A stretch of DNA of 64,000 nt, taken from assembly GCA_964016885.1 (NCBI GenBank), contig OZ024762.1, forward strand, positions 4,030,001 through 4,094,000, given 5' to 3'. This stretch comes from Eledone cirrhosa (Eukaryota). The notes beneath the pieces were generated by a model that was given only the letters and a program-made list of their open reading frames with translations, did no database searches and was not told the origin of the DNA. The position numbers and the translations under genes were made by a program. Shown here piece after piece: positions 26,131-38,410 of the stretch (positions within the stretch are counted from its first letter, which is position 1; each line of letters starts with the position of its first letter).

Positions 26131-26304
26131 AAAATCGTGGTGTATTTATTGATAGTGGATTTTAAAAACATAACAAGCTCTGTAACCTACATAGAGCACT
26201 CTTTTTTCCTGGACCTTTCCGACGGAATTACTTCATTCACACATATATATATATATATATATAAATATATATAAATATACACACTTGGATATGCACACAC
26301 ATAC

Positions 26305-26341
<37 letters not shown>

Positions 26342-26345
<4 letters not shown>

Positions 26346-26541
26346 AGAAAGTATGACCCCGACGGCAGAGCTCAAGCCGTTTCGACGGGTATTTCTGGAC
26401 TCAGTCCAGAAATAACCATCGAAACGGCTTGAGCTCTGCCGTCGGGGTCATACTTTTCCCTATAACCCACTCTACTACTCTAAGTATTGAGTACTCTGGT
26501 GCGTTATGGTCCATCTGGTTCCTTACCACAACTCCTTCGTT
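26342..26541 (+). mobile_element. Penelope-like pLTR family P, palindromic copy with 3' half hammerhead
   Basis: ~58-bp arms around CTGGAC-tca-GTCCAG; right arm GAAA-CGGC-ttgagctct-GCCG-TC-GGGGTCA; tail runs into (TA)n. Confidence 0.78.
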
Positions 26542-26580
26542 ATATATATATATATATATATATAAATACATATATATATG

Positions 26581-26757
<177 letters not shown>

Positions 26758-27416
26758 GCAATATTTAATACACATACACACAATAGCTAATACACGCATA
26801 TACAATGGCTAATACATACACTCATATACAACAGCTAATACATACATGCACATATATGCATACACATACACAACAGCTAATACATATATATAAATATATA
26901 ACAGCTAATACATACACATATATATAACAGCTATTACACACATATACAATAGCTAATACATACACACACACATATATACAATAGTTAATACATACATACA
27001 CACACAGAGGCAACAGCTAATACATACATACACACACCAGCTAACTCACATACACACATACATACAATAGCTAACTCACACATACACTAACAGGCGTGTA
27101 CAGTTAACCACCACCGCTACTGTAATACAGCATCATGTGTCTGTATGCTAGAAACAACAGCTAAAATCTCCCTCCAAACACACATCATTTTAACAAAAGG
27201 TGAAACATTGGTTTATGTTTTTTACAATCACCCATAGTATATCTAGGAGGCATACTATGGCTGATTGTAAAAAAACAAATACAGCTTGAGATAGCTACAG
27301 CTGGAATACTGTTGATCATGCTCTGTTGGTGGATGGTGGCTGACCTAGGGCTAAACAACAACAGCAGCATCAGTGTTAGAAATACCAATAGCTAAAGAGG
27401 TCAGTGAAGGTATGTC

Positions 27417-27646
27417 GTCTAGTATTTTAGGGCAGTGGTCCCCAACCATTGGGCTGTGGGCCATTTGGTACTGGGACACTAAGAAGTCCTTCACTATCGG
27501 TGAACAGTTGGCCCTGCCTGTCACTAAGGGTAGTCTAGTGTTTTAGGGCAGTGGTCCCCAACCATTGGGCTGTGGGCCATTTGGTACTGGGACACTAAGA
27601 AGTCCTTCACTATTGGTGAACAGTTGGCCCTGCCTGTCACTAAGGA
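27417..27646. repeat. 116-bp tandem duplication containing a hAT-Charlie-like terminus
   Basis: CAGTGGTCCCCAACC at 27433 and 27549; the two units are nearly identical. Confidence 0.8.
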
Positions 27647-27984
27647 CATTTGCTGTGAAGTTTTACAAATAGGCTATGTAGCCGGTAAACCCTACAGGGA
27701 CACAATACACATCACTAGAGCATTTCACCAGTCCCTTCCTTCTGTTGTCTATATCTGTTTATGTATATACGTGAGAGAGAGGGGGGGGGGCAGACAGGGG
27801 GGTAGAATGAGAAAGAGAGAGAGGATTTGAACTAAGAGATCAGAGAACTGTAACAAATAAGGCTCAACTTAGAACCCTGTCTAGTCCTAGTTACACTGTC
27901 TGATGGTGTCAGGATGGTTACAGATGGAAATACTTCAAATGTGCTACTACATCTGCTCCTCATGGATCTTCTAGTAGGTTAATC

Positions 27985-28325
27985 TTAACCTAGGGTTAAA
28001 CAACCACTGAAGCTAGCTGAAGTGGTTGCGGTGGTTGTGAGGCCTTCTTGATCAGTTGTGACCTAGGGTTAAACAGCCACTGGGGCCACCTGGTGGTGGT
28101 GGGGAGAGTAGTGGTGTGTCAACTGGATCTGATTAGACCTAGGGTTAAATAACAGCCACTGGGGCCATCTGGTGGTGGTGGGGAGAGTAGTGGCGTGTCA
28201 GCTGGATTAGTCTTGACCCAGGCTTAAATATCAGCACTGGGGCCATCTGGTGGCGGAAGTACTTGTGGGTCAGTCATGACCTAGGGCTAAACAACAGCTA
28301 CCAGAGCCATCTGGTGGTGGTGGTG
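27985..28325 (-). promoter_or_regulatory. Degenerate ~65-80-bp repeat with four co-oriented CTCF-like motifs
   Basis: rc CCACCAGGTGGC (28085-28096) and CCACCAGATGGC (28164-28175, 28242-28253, 28306-28317). Each unit starts with a GACCTAGGGTTAAAC-like sequence. Confidence 0.45.
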
Positions 28326-28339
28326 GCGTCAGTATTGGT

Positions 28340-28525
28340 GGGGGATTGGCAGTATCGGTAGAGGGTCGGACGCCATGCTTTCCAGCATAGTTACGACCCT
28401 TTACGATCTGAGTTCAAATCCCGCCGAGGTTGACTTTGCCTTTCATCCTTACGGGGTCGATAAAATAAAGTACCAGTAATGCACTGGGTAATTGCTGGCC
28501 TTGTGCCAATAGTAGAAACAATTAT
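28340..28525 (+). mobile_element. SINE family A, near full length
   Basis: A box TGGCAGTATCGG, B box GAGTTCAAATCC, AATTA tail. Confidence 0.88.
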
Positions 28526-28655
28526 GTAAAATCTTTCCATTTTGCCTAATTTCTCCCTTTTTGGGGCCCTTTTTTTTCATGGTATTCCCTGCCTGGGGTT
28601 TTAGAGGTTGGCAGGTCTAATATAAGAGTTACTCTACATAAAAGTTATATATAAT

Positions 28656-28840
28656 TGTTTCTACTTTAGGCACAAGGCCAGCAATTACCCAGTGCATTAC
28701 TGGTACTTTATTTTATCGACCCCGTAAGGATGAAAGGCAAAGTCAACCTCGGCGGGATTTGAACTCAGATCGTAAAGGGACGTAACTATGCTAGAAAGCA
28801 TGGCGTCCGACCCTCTACTGATACTGCCAATCCACCGCCC
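28656..28840 (-). mobile_element. SINE family A, full length with 17-bp TSD
   Basis: TAAAAGTTATATATAAT at 28639-28655 and 28841-28857; head GGGCGGTGGATTGGCAGTATC. Confidence 0.92.
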
Positions 28841-29449
28841 TAAAAGTTATATATAATAGAGTCCTGTTGTAAATCAATCCGAGGACTTGACCGGGTAAAT
28901 ATTGAGCGGGAAGGGATAAAGGGCAAAAGTTGAGCTCAGTTGGATTTGAACTGAGAATGTGATGAACTGGAATAAATACAACAAAGTAATGTTTACTGGT
29001 GTTCTACTGATTCCAGCAGTCTCAGGTCTGATGGTGGTGGAGGGGGAGGGGGAGGAAGATGGTGGTGGTGGTAGTAATGGTGATGGTGATAATGGAGGGG
29101 GAGGAGGAGGGGATGGTGGTGGTAGTAATGATGATTGAAGGGGGAGGAAGAATATGGTGGTGATAGTATAGTGATGGTGGTGGTGGTGGTGATGATGTTG
29201 ATGATAATGATGATGGTGGTGGTGAGGAAGAGGTTGGAGATGATAGTGATGGTGGTGGTGAGGAGGAGGTTGGAGATGATAGTGATGGTGGTGGGGGGTG
29301 GAGATGGTGGTGGTGGTGAGGAGGGTGGTGGTGGTGGAGATGGTGACATGCCTCACTGAATAACTTCAATTGCTATCGATTTCTATATTGATCAAGTGAT
29401 CGATCACGTGAAGGCCACCTACTGCTGGCACGTGGTGCACAGTCTACTG

Positions 29450-30820
29450 CTGACACACACACAGATACACTGACAGACACACACACAGATACACAGATAC
29501 ACTGACATACACACACACACAGATACACTGACTGACACACACACACAGATACACTGACAGACACACACACAGATACACAGATACACTGACATACACACAC
29601 ACACAGATACACTGACTGACACACACACACAGATACACTGACAGACACACACACAGATACACAGATACACTGACATACACACACACACAGATACACTGAC
29701 TGACACACACACACAGATACACTGACTGACACACACACAGATACACTGACAGACACACACACATACACTGACAGACACACACACAGATACACAGATACAC
29801 TGACAGACACACACACAGATACACAGATACACTGACAGACACACACACATACACTGACAGACACACACACAGATACACAGATACACTGACAGACACACAC
29901 ACATACACTGACAGACACACACACAGATACACAGATACACAGATACACTGACAGACACACACACACAGATACACTGACATGCACACGCACAGATACACTG
30001 ACAGACACACACATATACAGACATACACTGACAGACACACACACATACAGACATACACTGACCCACACACACAGATACACTGACAGACACACACACAAAC
30101 ACAGACACACACACACAGATACACACTGACACACTGACAGACACACAGACACACAGATACACGCTGACAGACAGACACACAGACACACACACACAGACAC
30201 AGAGACAAGGACACACACACAGCAGTATGGCTCAGCTGTGGAGAATAATACAAACCATGATTGTTACTTATAAACTGACACACAGACACACACACATGCA
30301 CACATTTAACACACACACATGCATACACATAAACACACACATGCATACACATAAACACACACACATGCATACACATAAACACACACACATGCATACACAT
30401 AAACACACACACATGCATACACATAAACACACACATGCATACACATAAACACACACACATGCATACACATAAACACACACACATGCATACACATAAACAC
30501 ACACACATGCATACACATAAACACACACACATGCATACACATAAACACATACATGCATACACATAAACACACACACATACATACACATAAACACACACAC
30601 ATGCATACACATAAACACACACACATAAACACACACACATGCATACACATAAACACACACATGCATACACATAAACACACACACATAAACACATACATGC
30701 ATACACATAAACACACACACATGTATACACAAACACACACACACATGCATACACATAAACACATACATGCATACACATAAACACACACACATGTATACAC
30801 ATAAACACACACATGCACAC
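29450..30820. repeat. CAGATACACTGA(CA)n and ATGCATACACATAAAC(AC)n minisatellites
   Basis: Directly visible; explains the VC/VS pseudo-ORFs. Confidence 0.88.
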
Positions 30821-30899
30821 CTACTTTCACAAACACACACATGTATACATTTTTTGGGGACATCCTCTATGTATGTATATATATATATATATATATATA

Positions 30900-30977
30900 C
30901 AGTATGTCCCACAAAAATGTATACATACTTCGATTAGGATGCTGTTGAAGTGAGTATACATGTTTGGTGAAACCCTG
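30900..30977. mobile_element. Tiny Tc1/mariner-type MITE with an adjacent solo TIR at 30841-30868
   Basis: TA-CAGTATGTCCCACAAAAATGTATACA ... GTATACATGTTTGGTGAAACCCTG-TA. Confidence 0.6.
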
Positions 30978-31206
30978 TATATATATATATACACATATAT
31001 ATATATATGGGCTTCCATACAGTGTCTGTCTACCACTAGAGGGGAATTCTAAATGACTATGTAGCTGTGAAAGAGCTAACATTCCAACACAGATACAATA
31101 GCAATCAGTGGGATCAATCAGATCAATAGAAATATATCGGTTAAAATATGTGTAGCAGAGAGGACTGATGTTTAGGTAGGTGAATGACCACTGTAATGGC
31201 AGAACA

Positions 31207-32151
31207 TGTAGTAGTGGGGGTGTGGTGTGTAGTAGTGGGGGTGTGGTGTAGTGGGGGTGTGGTGTGTAGTAGTGGGGGTATGGTGTGTAGTAGTGGTTGG
31301 TGTGGTGTAGTGGGGGTGTGTAGTAGTGGGGGTGTGGTGTGTAGTAGTGGTTGGTGTGGTGTGTAGTAGTGGGGGTATGGTGTGTAGTAGTGGTTGGTGT
31401 GGTGGGGGTGTGTAGTAGTGGGGGGTGTAGTAGTGGTTGGTGTGGTGTGTAGTAGTGGGGGTGTGGTGTGTAGTAGTGGTTGGTGTGGTGTAGTGGGGGT
31501 GTGGTGTGTAGTAGTGGGGGTGTGGTGTAGTGGGAGGGTGTAGTAGTGGGGGTTTGTAGTAGTGGTTGGTGTGGTGTAGTGGGAGGGTGTAGTAGTGGGG
31601 TGTGGTGTAGTGGTTGGTGTGGTGTGTAGTAGTGTTTGGTGTGGTGTAGTGGGAGGGTGTAGTAGTGGGGTGTGGTGTAGTGGTTGGTGTGGTGTGTAGT
31701 AGTGTTTGGTGTGGTGTAGTGGGAGGGTGTAGTAGTGGGGTGTGGTGTAGTGGTTGGTGTGGTGTGTAGTAGTGTTTGGTGTGGTGTAGTGGGAGGGTGT
31801 AGTAGTGGGGTGTGGTGTAGTGGTTGGTGTGGTGTGTAGTAGTGTTTGGTGTGGTGTAGTGGGAGGGTGTAGTAGTGGGGGTGTGTAGTAGTGGGGCTGT
31901 GGTATGTACTGTGTTGTATGTATGTTCATTTGGTAGTAACACTACTACCACCACCACCACCACTGCTGTTGCTGCTGCTGCTACTACTACTACTACTACT
32001 ACTGCAACAATAACAACAACTACTATTACTACTACCACTACTACTACTACTACTACTACTGCAACAATAACAACAACTACTACTACCACCGCCACTACTA
32101 CTACTGCAACAATAACAACAACTACTATTACTACTACCACCACCACCACTA

Positions 32152-32184
<33 letters not shown>

Positions 32185-32220
32185 TTACCACCACCACTAC
32201 TACTACAGCAACAATAACAA
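31207..32220. repeat. G-rich GTAGTAGTGGGGGTGTG minisatellite with ~56-bp higher-order unit, followed by (CTA/CAC/CAA)n
   Basis: Directly visible. Confidence 0.88.
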
Positions 32221-33084
32221 GTATGGGGGAAGTATGGTACTCTCAGTCGCTTCACTCACCAGAGTCCAGGAGAAGCAGCTGCCTAATGAGTTCCCAGAGC
32301 TCGTGACACACTTTGGACTTGATTATGTTTTTTGGTAAAACCTTTGTAAAGTTGGGCACCAATAGTCAGCTTATCAACACAGTACTCTCTTAATTATATA
32401 TACTCTTCACCCACCTCACAAATTTCTGTTTCTTCATAGTGACCACTGGCTACTGTTTTCTGTCCTTTGTGGGGTAACTTTACTTCACTCCCATGCTGTT
32501 GTCATTGACAGCATTCGGATGTCTTAACAGCCCTTCCCCACGTTTCAGTTTTCAACTGTTTCTATAAATCTCAAATACCCTCAATACTTCGTCTCAATAA
32601 TTTACATTACATCCAATGAGAAAGTTCATTATTTTCAAAATGATTTGAAAATAGCCTAACAAATGTTTTATTGTAAAAAAAAATGCAAGTGTCTTTTGTG
32701 GTTATGGAAACGGAAAAGTAAGGGAAGAGCTAGGGCTACAGGGTTGCAGAAGAATGAGAGAATGATGGGCTCTAGGCCTAGTGCACGGCGGTATTAGGGC
32801 TATGGACAAGACCGCAAAAGCATTCCCATGGACAATGGCCAGTGACACCCACTGCAAGAGCCACGCCACCTCTTGGGGGCTCCTTTCTCAGACGGGCTGC
32901 TGACGTTCCAATCTTGCAGAGGAGCTTGGCAGTGCAATGTGGTATCGGAAAGGTTAAGGAGTTCACTTTTCAATCACAAGGTTCTCGGTTGAATCCTACT
33001 GGCTGACACCAGCCTCAGGTAAACCAATACATCATTACTATCTCCACCATTGCCACTGCCACTATCTCCACCACCACTAAATTC

Positions 33085-33745
33085 CTGAGGGGGTCATGGA
33101 GGCAGGGTCTTCAAACACTCCTTCCAGTGGGTCCTGTCAGAAGCAGTCGTCTCCAACTGATCCAGCTGGATCCTCAAGTGAGACCAGCTGAGCTCAGGGA
33201 TGTTATCCAACCATCTTGCTTGGGGTCCACCCCTGGGTCTCCTGCCGGTTGGGTTAGCCTGTAAAATCTGTCCAGTCATTCTTTCCTGAGACATTCTAAC
33301 CACATGTCCCCAGTATCAGAGCTGTGATCCCTCAGTCAGAGAAGTAGCAGCTCTACCTGGAGTGACTCTCCAGTGATTCTTTCCTGAGACATTCTAACCA
33401 CATGTCCACAGTATCAGAGCTGTGATCCCTCAGTCAGAGAAGTAGCAGCTCTACCTGGAGTGACTCTCCAGTGATTCTTTCCTGAAACATTCTAACCACA
33501 TGTCCACAGTATCAGAGCTGTGATCCCTCAGTCAGAGAAGTCGCAGCTCTACCTGGAGTGACTCTCTCATCTCTAAGTTACGCACTCTATCAAGAAACAT
33601 TACTCCAAGGACCCTTCGGAGTAACCCCATTTCAGTCACTTGCATTTGCGATCGTACTCTTTCGGTCACAACCCAAGGTTCACGGCCATAGGTAAGGGTT
33701 GGCACGGAAACCGAATTAAAGATAGCGAGTTTGGCTTTTACACCT
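33085..33745 (-). mobile_element. RTE-clade LINE fragment with an internal 98-bp triplication
   Basis: [11 protein letters not shown]...RMSQERMTGQILQANPTGRRPRGGPQARWLD; units start at about 33281, 33379 and 33477. Confidence 0.82.
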
Positions 33746-33931
33746 ACCTCCCTTATGATGATGATGATGATATATACACTTATATATACTTTATATATTT
33801 ATATATTTATTTAGAGAGATTGAGAAGAGAGAGAGAGAGAGAGAGAGAGAAGGCAAATGAATATACAAAGGTTATGTATTTAATGAAGAGAGACAAGCAT
33901 ATATATATATATATGTATATATATATACATA

Positions 33932-34012
<81 letters not shown>

Positions 34013-34015
34013 GTA

Positions 34016-34103
<88 letters not shown>

Positions 34104-34582
34104 GTGTGGTTATTCGAGATGAAGATACAGAGGTTATAGAGTTTAGAAATACAAATACAAAGTTGACACTAAGTACATAGAACTGGTCATTATGTGGGTG
34201 TCCTGTATTTTGATGTTAGATGAGCTTGTGTCACCACCACCACCACCACCACCCACTGCACCAGCACCACCACCACCACAACCCCCCACTGCACCACCAC
34301 CAGTTACCCCCCCCCCCCCCAGGATATAAGTTAAAAACTAGGATATCCACTCCAACCAGGAGCTCCACAATAAAGTGACATTCTTTCTGATGTAGATGTC
34401 CTGTTAAATGGCTGCCATAGATATGGAACAACATTTATAGTGTGCTGGTGAATCATCACCACCACCAGCCTCACCATCACCATTGTCATCACCATCATCA
34501 TCACCATTGTTGTCACCATCATGACCACCATCACCATTGTCGTCACCATCATCATCACCATCATGACCACCATCACCATATT

Positions 34583-35566
34583 CACTGCTATAGGTTGAAC
34601 AAGGGACCACAGTTATAGGTTGAACAAGGGACCACTGCTATAGGTTGAACAAGGGACCACTGCTATAGGTTGAACAAGGGACCACAGCTATAGGTTGAAC
34701 AAGGGACCACAGCTATAGGTTGAACAAGGGACCACAGCTATAGGTTGAACAAGGGACCACAGCTATAGGTTGAACAAGGGACCACAGCTATAGGTTCACC
34801 AAGGGACCACAGCTATAGGTTGAACAAGGGACCACAGCTATAGGTTGAACAAGGGACCACAGCTATAGGTTCACCAAGGGACCACAGCTATAGGTTGAAC
34901 AAGGGACCACAGCTATAGGTTGAACAAGGGACCACAGCTATAGGTTGAACAAGGGACCACAGCTATAGGTTGAACAAGGGACCACAGCTATAGGTTGAAC
35001 AAGGGACCACAGCTATAGGTTGAACAAGGGACCACAGCTATAGGTTCACCAAGGGACCACAGCTATAGGTTGAACAAGGGACCACAGCTATAGGTTGAAC
35101 AAGGGACCACAGCTATAGGTTCACCAAGGGACCACAGCTATAGGTTGAACAAGGGACCACAGCTATAGGTTCACCAAGGGACCACAGCTATAGGTTCACC
35201 AAGGGACCACAGCTATAGGTTGAACAAGGGACCACAGCTATAGGTTCACCAAGGGACCACAGCTATAGGTTCACCAAGGGACCACAGCTATAGGTTGAAC
35301 AAGGGACCACAGCTATAGGTTCACCAAGGGACCACTGCTATAGGTTCACCAAGGGACCACAGCTATAGGTTGAACAAGGGACCACAGCTATAGGTTCACC
35401 AAGGGACCACAGCTATAGGTTCACCAAGGGACCACAGCTATAGGTTGAACAAGGGACCACAGCTATAGGTTGAACAAGGGACCACAGCTATAGGTTGAAC
35501 AAGGGACCACTGCTATAGGTTCACCAAGGGACCACAGCTATAGGTTGAACAAGGGACCACAGCTAT
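34583..35566. repeat. 25-bp minisatellite GCTATAGGTT(GAAC/CACC)AAGGGACCACA, ~39 copies
   Basis: Period 25 (ACCACAGCTA at 34681 and 34731 is two units apart); two interspersed variants. Confidence 0.95.
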
Positions 35567-36302
35567 TGAACATTTTTCTCACGAGATACACTCTATTTCA
35601 TTTAATTAATGAAGAATATTGAGTAATTTACTAAATTTATTAATTAGTTCAGCGATGTATTTGTTTTGCAAGGTTTTTAATATGAAACAGTGTGATGAAA
35701 CAGATATTGTTATATTTGGGGAATACAACGGGAGGAAACATAGAAACATCACTGATGATGTCACAGTTGTGTGATGAAAGAACCCTGAGAAACTATATTT
35801 ATATCTATATTTTTAACTGTTGGTCAATCAATGATAAACATTGATCGCCAGCTGAATTAATTCTAAAAATATAAAGATATACTGAAGCGAAAACCAACCC
35901 AAACCAAACAGTGAGTGTGTTTTACTATATATTTCTGGCAATATTATAACAACATGGCCCTCCCCAAATATAACAATAATAATTAGTGCATTACTAAGAT
36001 CGTAATTTAACATATGATTCTTATGTAAAATATGTTTGAAGATTTAGGTTTAAATAGGAATCTGTTTCATAGAACCAGAGATGGTTTGTATCAAAAGAGT
36101 TATTGAAAAATATTGAGGTATTTGCTAAAGTCATTAATTATTTCATTACTAAGATAGTAACATGATATATATTTTTTGGGAAGGATTTTAATTCAATTAG
36201 GAACCCTTGAAAATGATTGGTTTTGTTTCATAGAACCAGAGCTGGTTTTGGTTGGGTTGGTATCAAAAGTGTTCAAACCCTACAATACAACTTTATATAA
36301 CA

Positions 36303-36536
36303 CTAGCAAAGGAGCCGTTGTTGCTGGGCACACCTTTCTCCACTGTAAATAAAGACCCCCTCTTACCTCAGAATGGCCGTCTTTAAATAGCCCCAGAACT
36401 CTGCTATATTAGAGGAGAGCAAGATTTAAACTATATGTTGACATGCTGCGGGAGCTAAATAACCTATGTATCAAATTTGAACAAAATCGGATGGAAAATG
36501 TGGAAATACATTGCATACATACAGACAGACATTTTT

Positions 36537-36572
<36 letters not shown>
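36303..36572 (-). mobile_element. Non-autonomous Helitron/HINE-like element
   Basis: rc: (TA)n, GTCTGTCTGTATG, CCGATTTTGTTCAAATTTG, ending GCTCCTTTG-CTAG|T. Confidence 0.55.
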
Positions 36573-36578
<6 letters not shown>

Positions 36579-37419
36579 TTTAGCTGCTATTTCTAGCAGC
36601 TTGAGCAACCACACAAAGGATTCCAAAAGTTCCCTTCCACTGCCTGTATTCCTTCTTCCATAAGATACTCAACAAGATAGAGATGATGGGGAGGGCGAGA
36701 GAGATGGAGGCTCTTCTGTGTTCGGACACATTTGTTGGGAGGTTTCTTGGCTGTTTTAATTGCTATTAATTGTGACATATTATCCCAATTTTTCCCATGC
36801 GGAAGAGACAGTGTTTTGGGGGAAGCAAGACATTACATACACATAAAGAAAGAATTATTATTAGGCTTCTACTGTTTTGATATGCTTCACTGTAGGAGAT
36901 AGAGATGGGTAAGTATGTGAGATTTGGCTAAACCAGTTGACACATTGAATAGCTATGTTAGCAGGAGCAAACGCTGGCCTTAAATGGTTTCTATATATAA
37001 ATATAAAACTACAGGAAGTACGTTGATTGTAGGGTTGAAGTGGCCTAATAACCAGCTAAAAACCATGTATTAACTACCTGACTAATTGTTAATGTGGTCA
37101 CCTTTTCCTTCTTCTTCTTCAGAGATCACAAACTGTTGATTCCAGGATATTCTACAGCTCAACTAACGACGATGATGATGATAATGATTATAATTACGTA
37201 GTAGATTCAACATGGTTTCAAGTGGTTCCTGTCTTAATTAAACAGGGGAGAGAACTGATTGGTTTTAAGTGTTTGTAATATACCAGAACTTTATTCGATG
37301 GTCGAATATGTTTTCCTAATTAAAACTAATTGCTTTTTCAGTTTGTTTATTTATCTCAGTTTTCTGTCGTCAGAAACACGACGAAAGCTTTCAATTCAAC
37401 TCGCCACCATGTTCTAAAC

Positions 37420-37716
37420 CAGAGGTTCTGAAAGTTCGCGCTACCATCTCCCGGGGGCCCTGGAGCCTTGGGGGTGTGGTAGAGATGATATAATAGAATA
37501 TTAGATATCAAATGATACATATAGTAAAATAAAAAAAAATATAATATTTATGTATACATAATATATATTATCTATTATATATAAATTGACAATTTTATTT
37601 ATTATATATTATTTACAATTTGCGTGTAGGCAGGTCTCTCTGGAAATAGGGGTGAGGGTATTATGTGGCCGTAAGGGGGGGGGGGGGGGGGGGGGCAAAA
37701 CGTTTGATAACCTCTG
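37420..37716. mobile_element. hAT (Charlie-like) MITE
   Basis: TIRs CAGAGGTTCTGAAA / TTTGATAACCTCTG; perfect 8-bp TSD TTCTAAAC at 37412-37419 and 37717-37724. Confidence 0.88.
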
Positions 37717-38286
37717 TTCTAAACACCGGTGCATATCATCATCATCGTGATTTTAACATCTGCTTTCCCTGCTAGCATGGGTTGGACAGGTTTACATAGA
37801 CCAAGTCAGTACTGAAGCAGGGCTACTGACTTCTCAGACAAGCTAGGGGTCTGTTATCTCATTTGTGTATGGTTTCACAATCTACCGAGTTCAAAGGAGA
37901 GGTTGTCATGCCTATTTTATAGCTTATTTAAAGACCTTTAAAATTCACTTCTTTAAAATTTTCAAATGTCAACACTTCCGGTTAGCGGCCGTTATATTAT
38001 AACACTTATAAAAATATCGCATATATTTCCGTCACTAATTTTCTCCTAATGCAGTTTATATATAATGTCGTCTTTTTTTAAATGTATCATGGATTACATT
38101 ACTGATTACATAAGACAGTGTAACAACGTCTTCGTTCAATCTCTGTGTATATTGTCAATTACGATTTTATTTGATGTATCATATCTACATCTACATGCAT
38201 ATATATTTGTGTATAATATCAATACACACACTACACATGCTAGCAGAAAAACGCCCCGTGGGCTGGTTTTTCTGCTAGTTATTAAT

Positions 38287-38410
38287 AATTGTTTCTACTT
38301 TTGGCACAAGGCCAGCAAATACCCAGTGTATTACTGGTACTTTATTTTATTGACCCAGTAAGGATGGAAGGCAAAGTTAACCTCGGCGGGATTTGAACTC
38401 AGAATGGCAG
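38287..38410 (-). mobile_element. SINE family A, 5'-truncated
   Basis: Reverse-complement match to family A. Confidence 0.82.

Noticed and set aside
34583-35566. CRISPR array
   Set aside because: No spacers; it is a plain 25-bp tandem repeat.
35748-35790. CTGATGA-TGTCACA-gttg-TGTGAT-GAAA hammerhead candidate
   Set aside because: Stem II is plausible, but no NUH site or stem I/III pairing was found in type I or type III topology.
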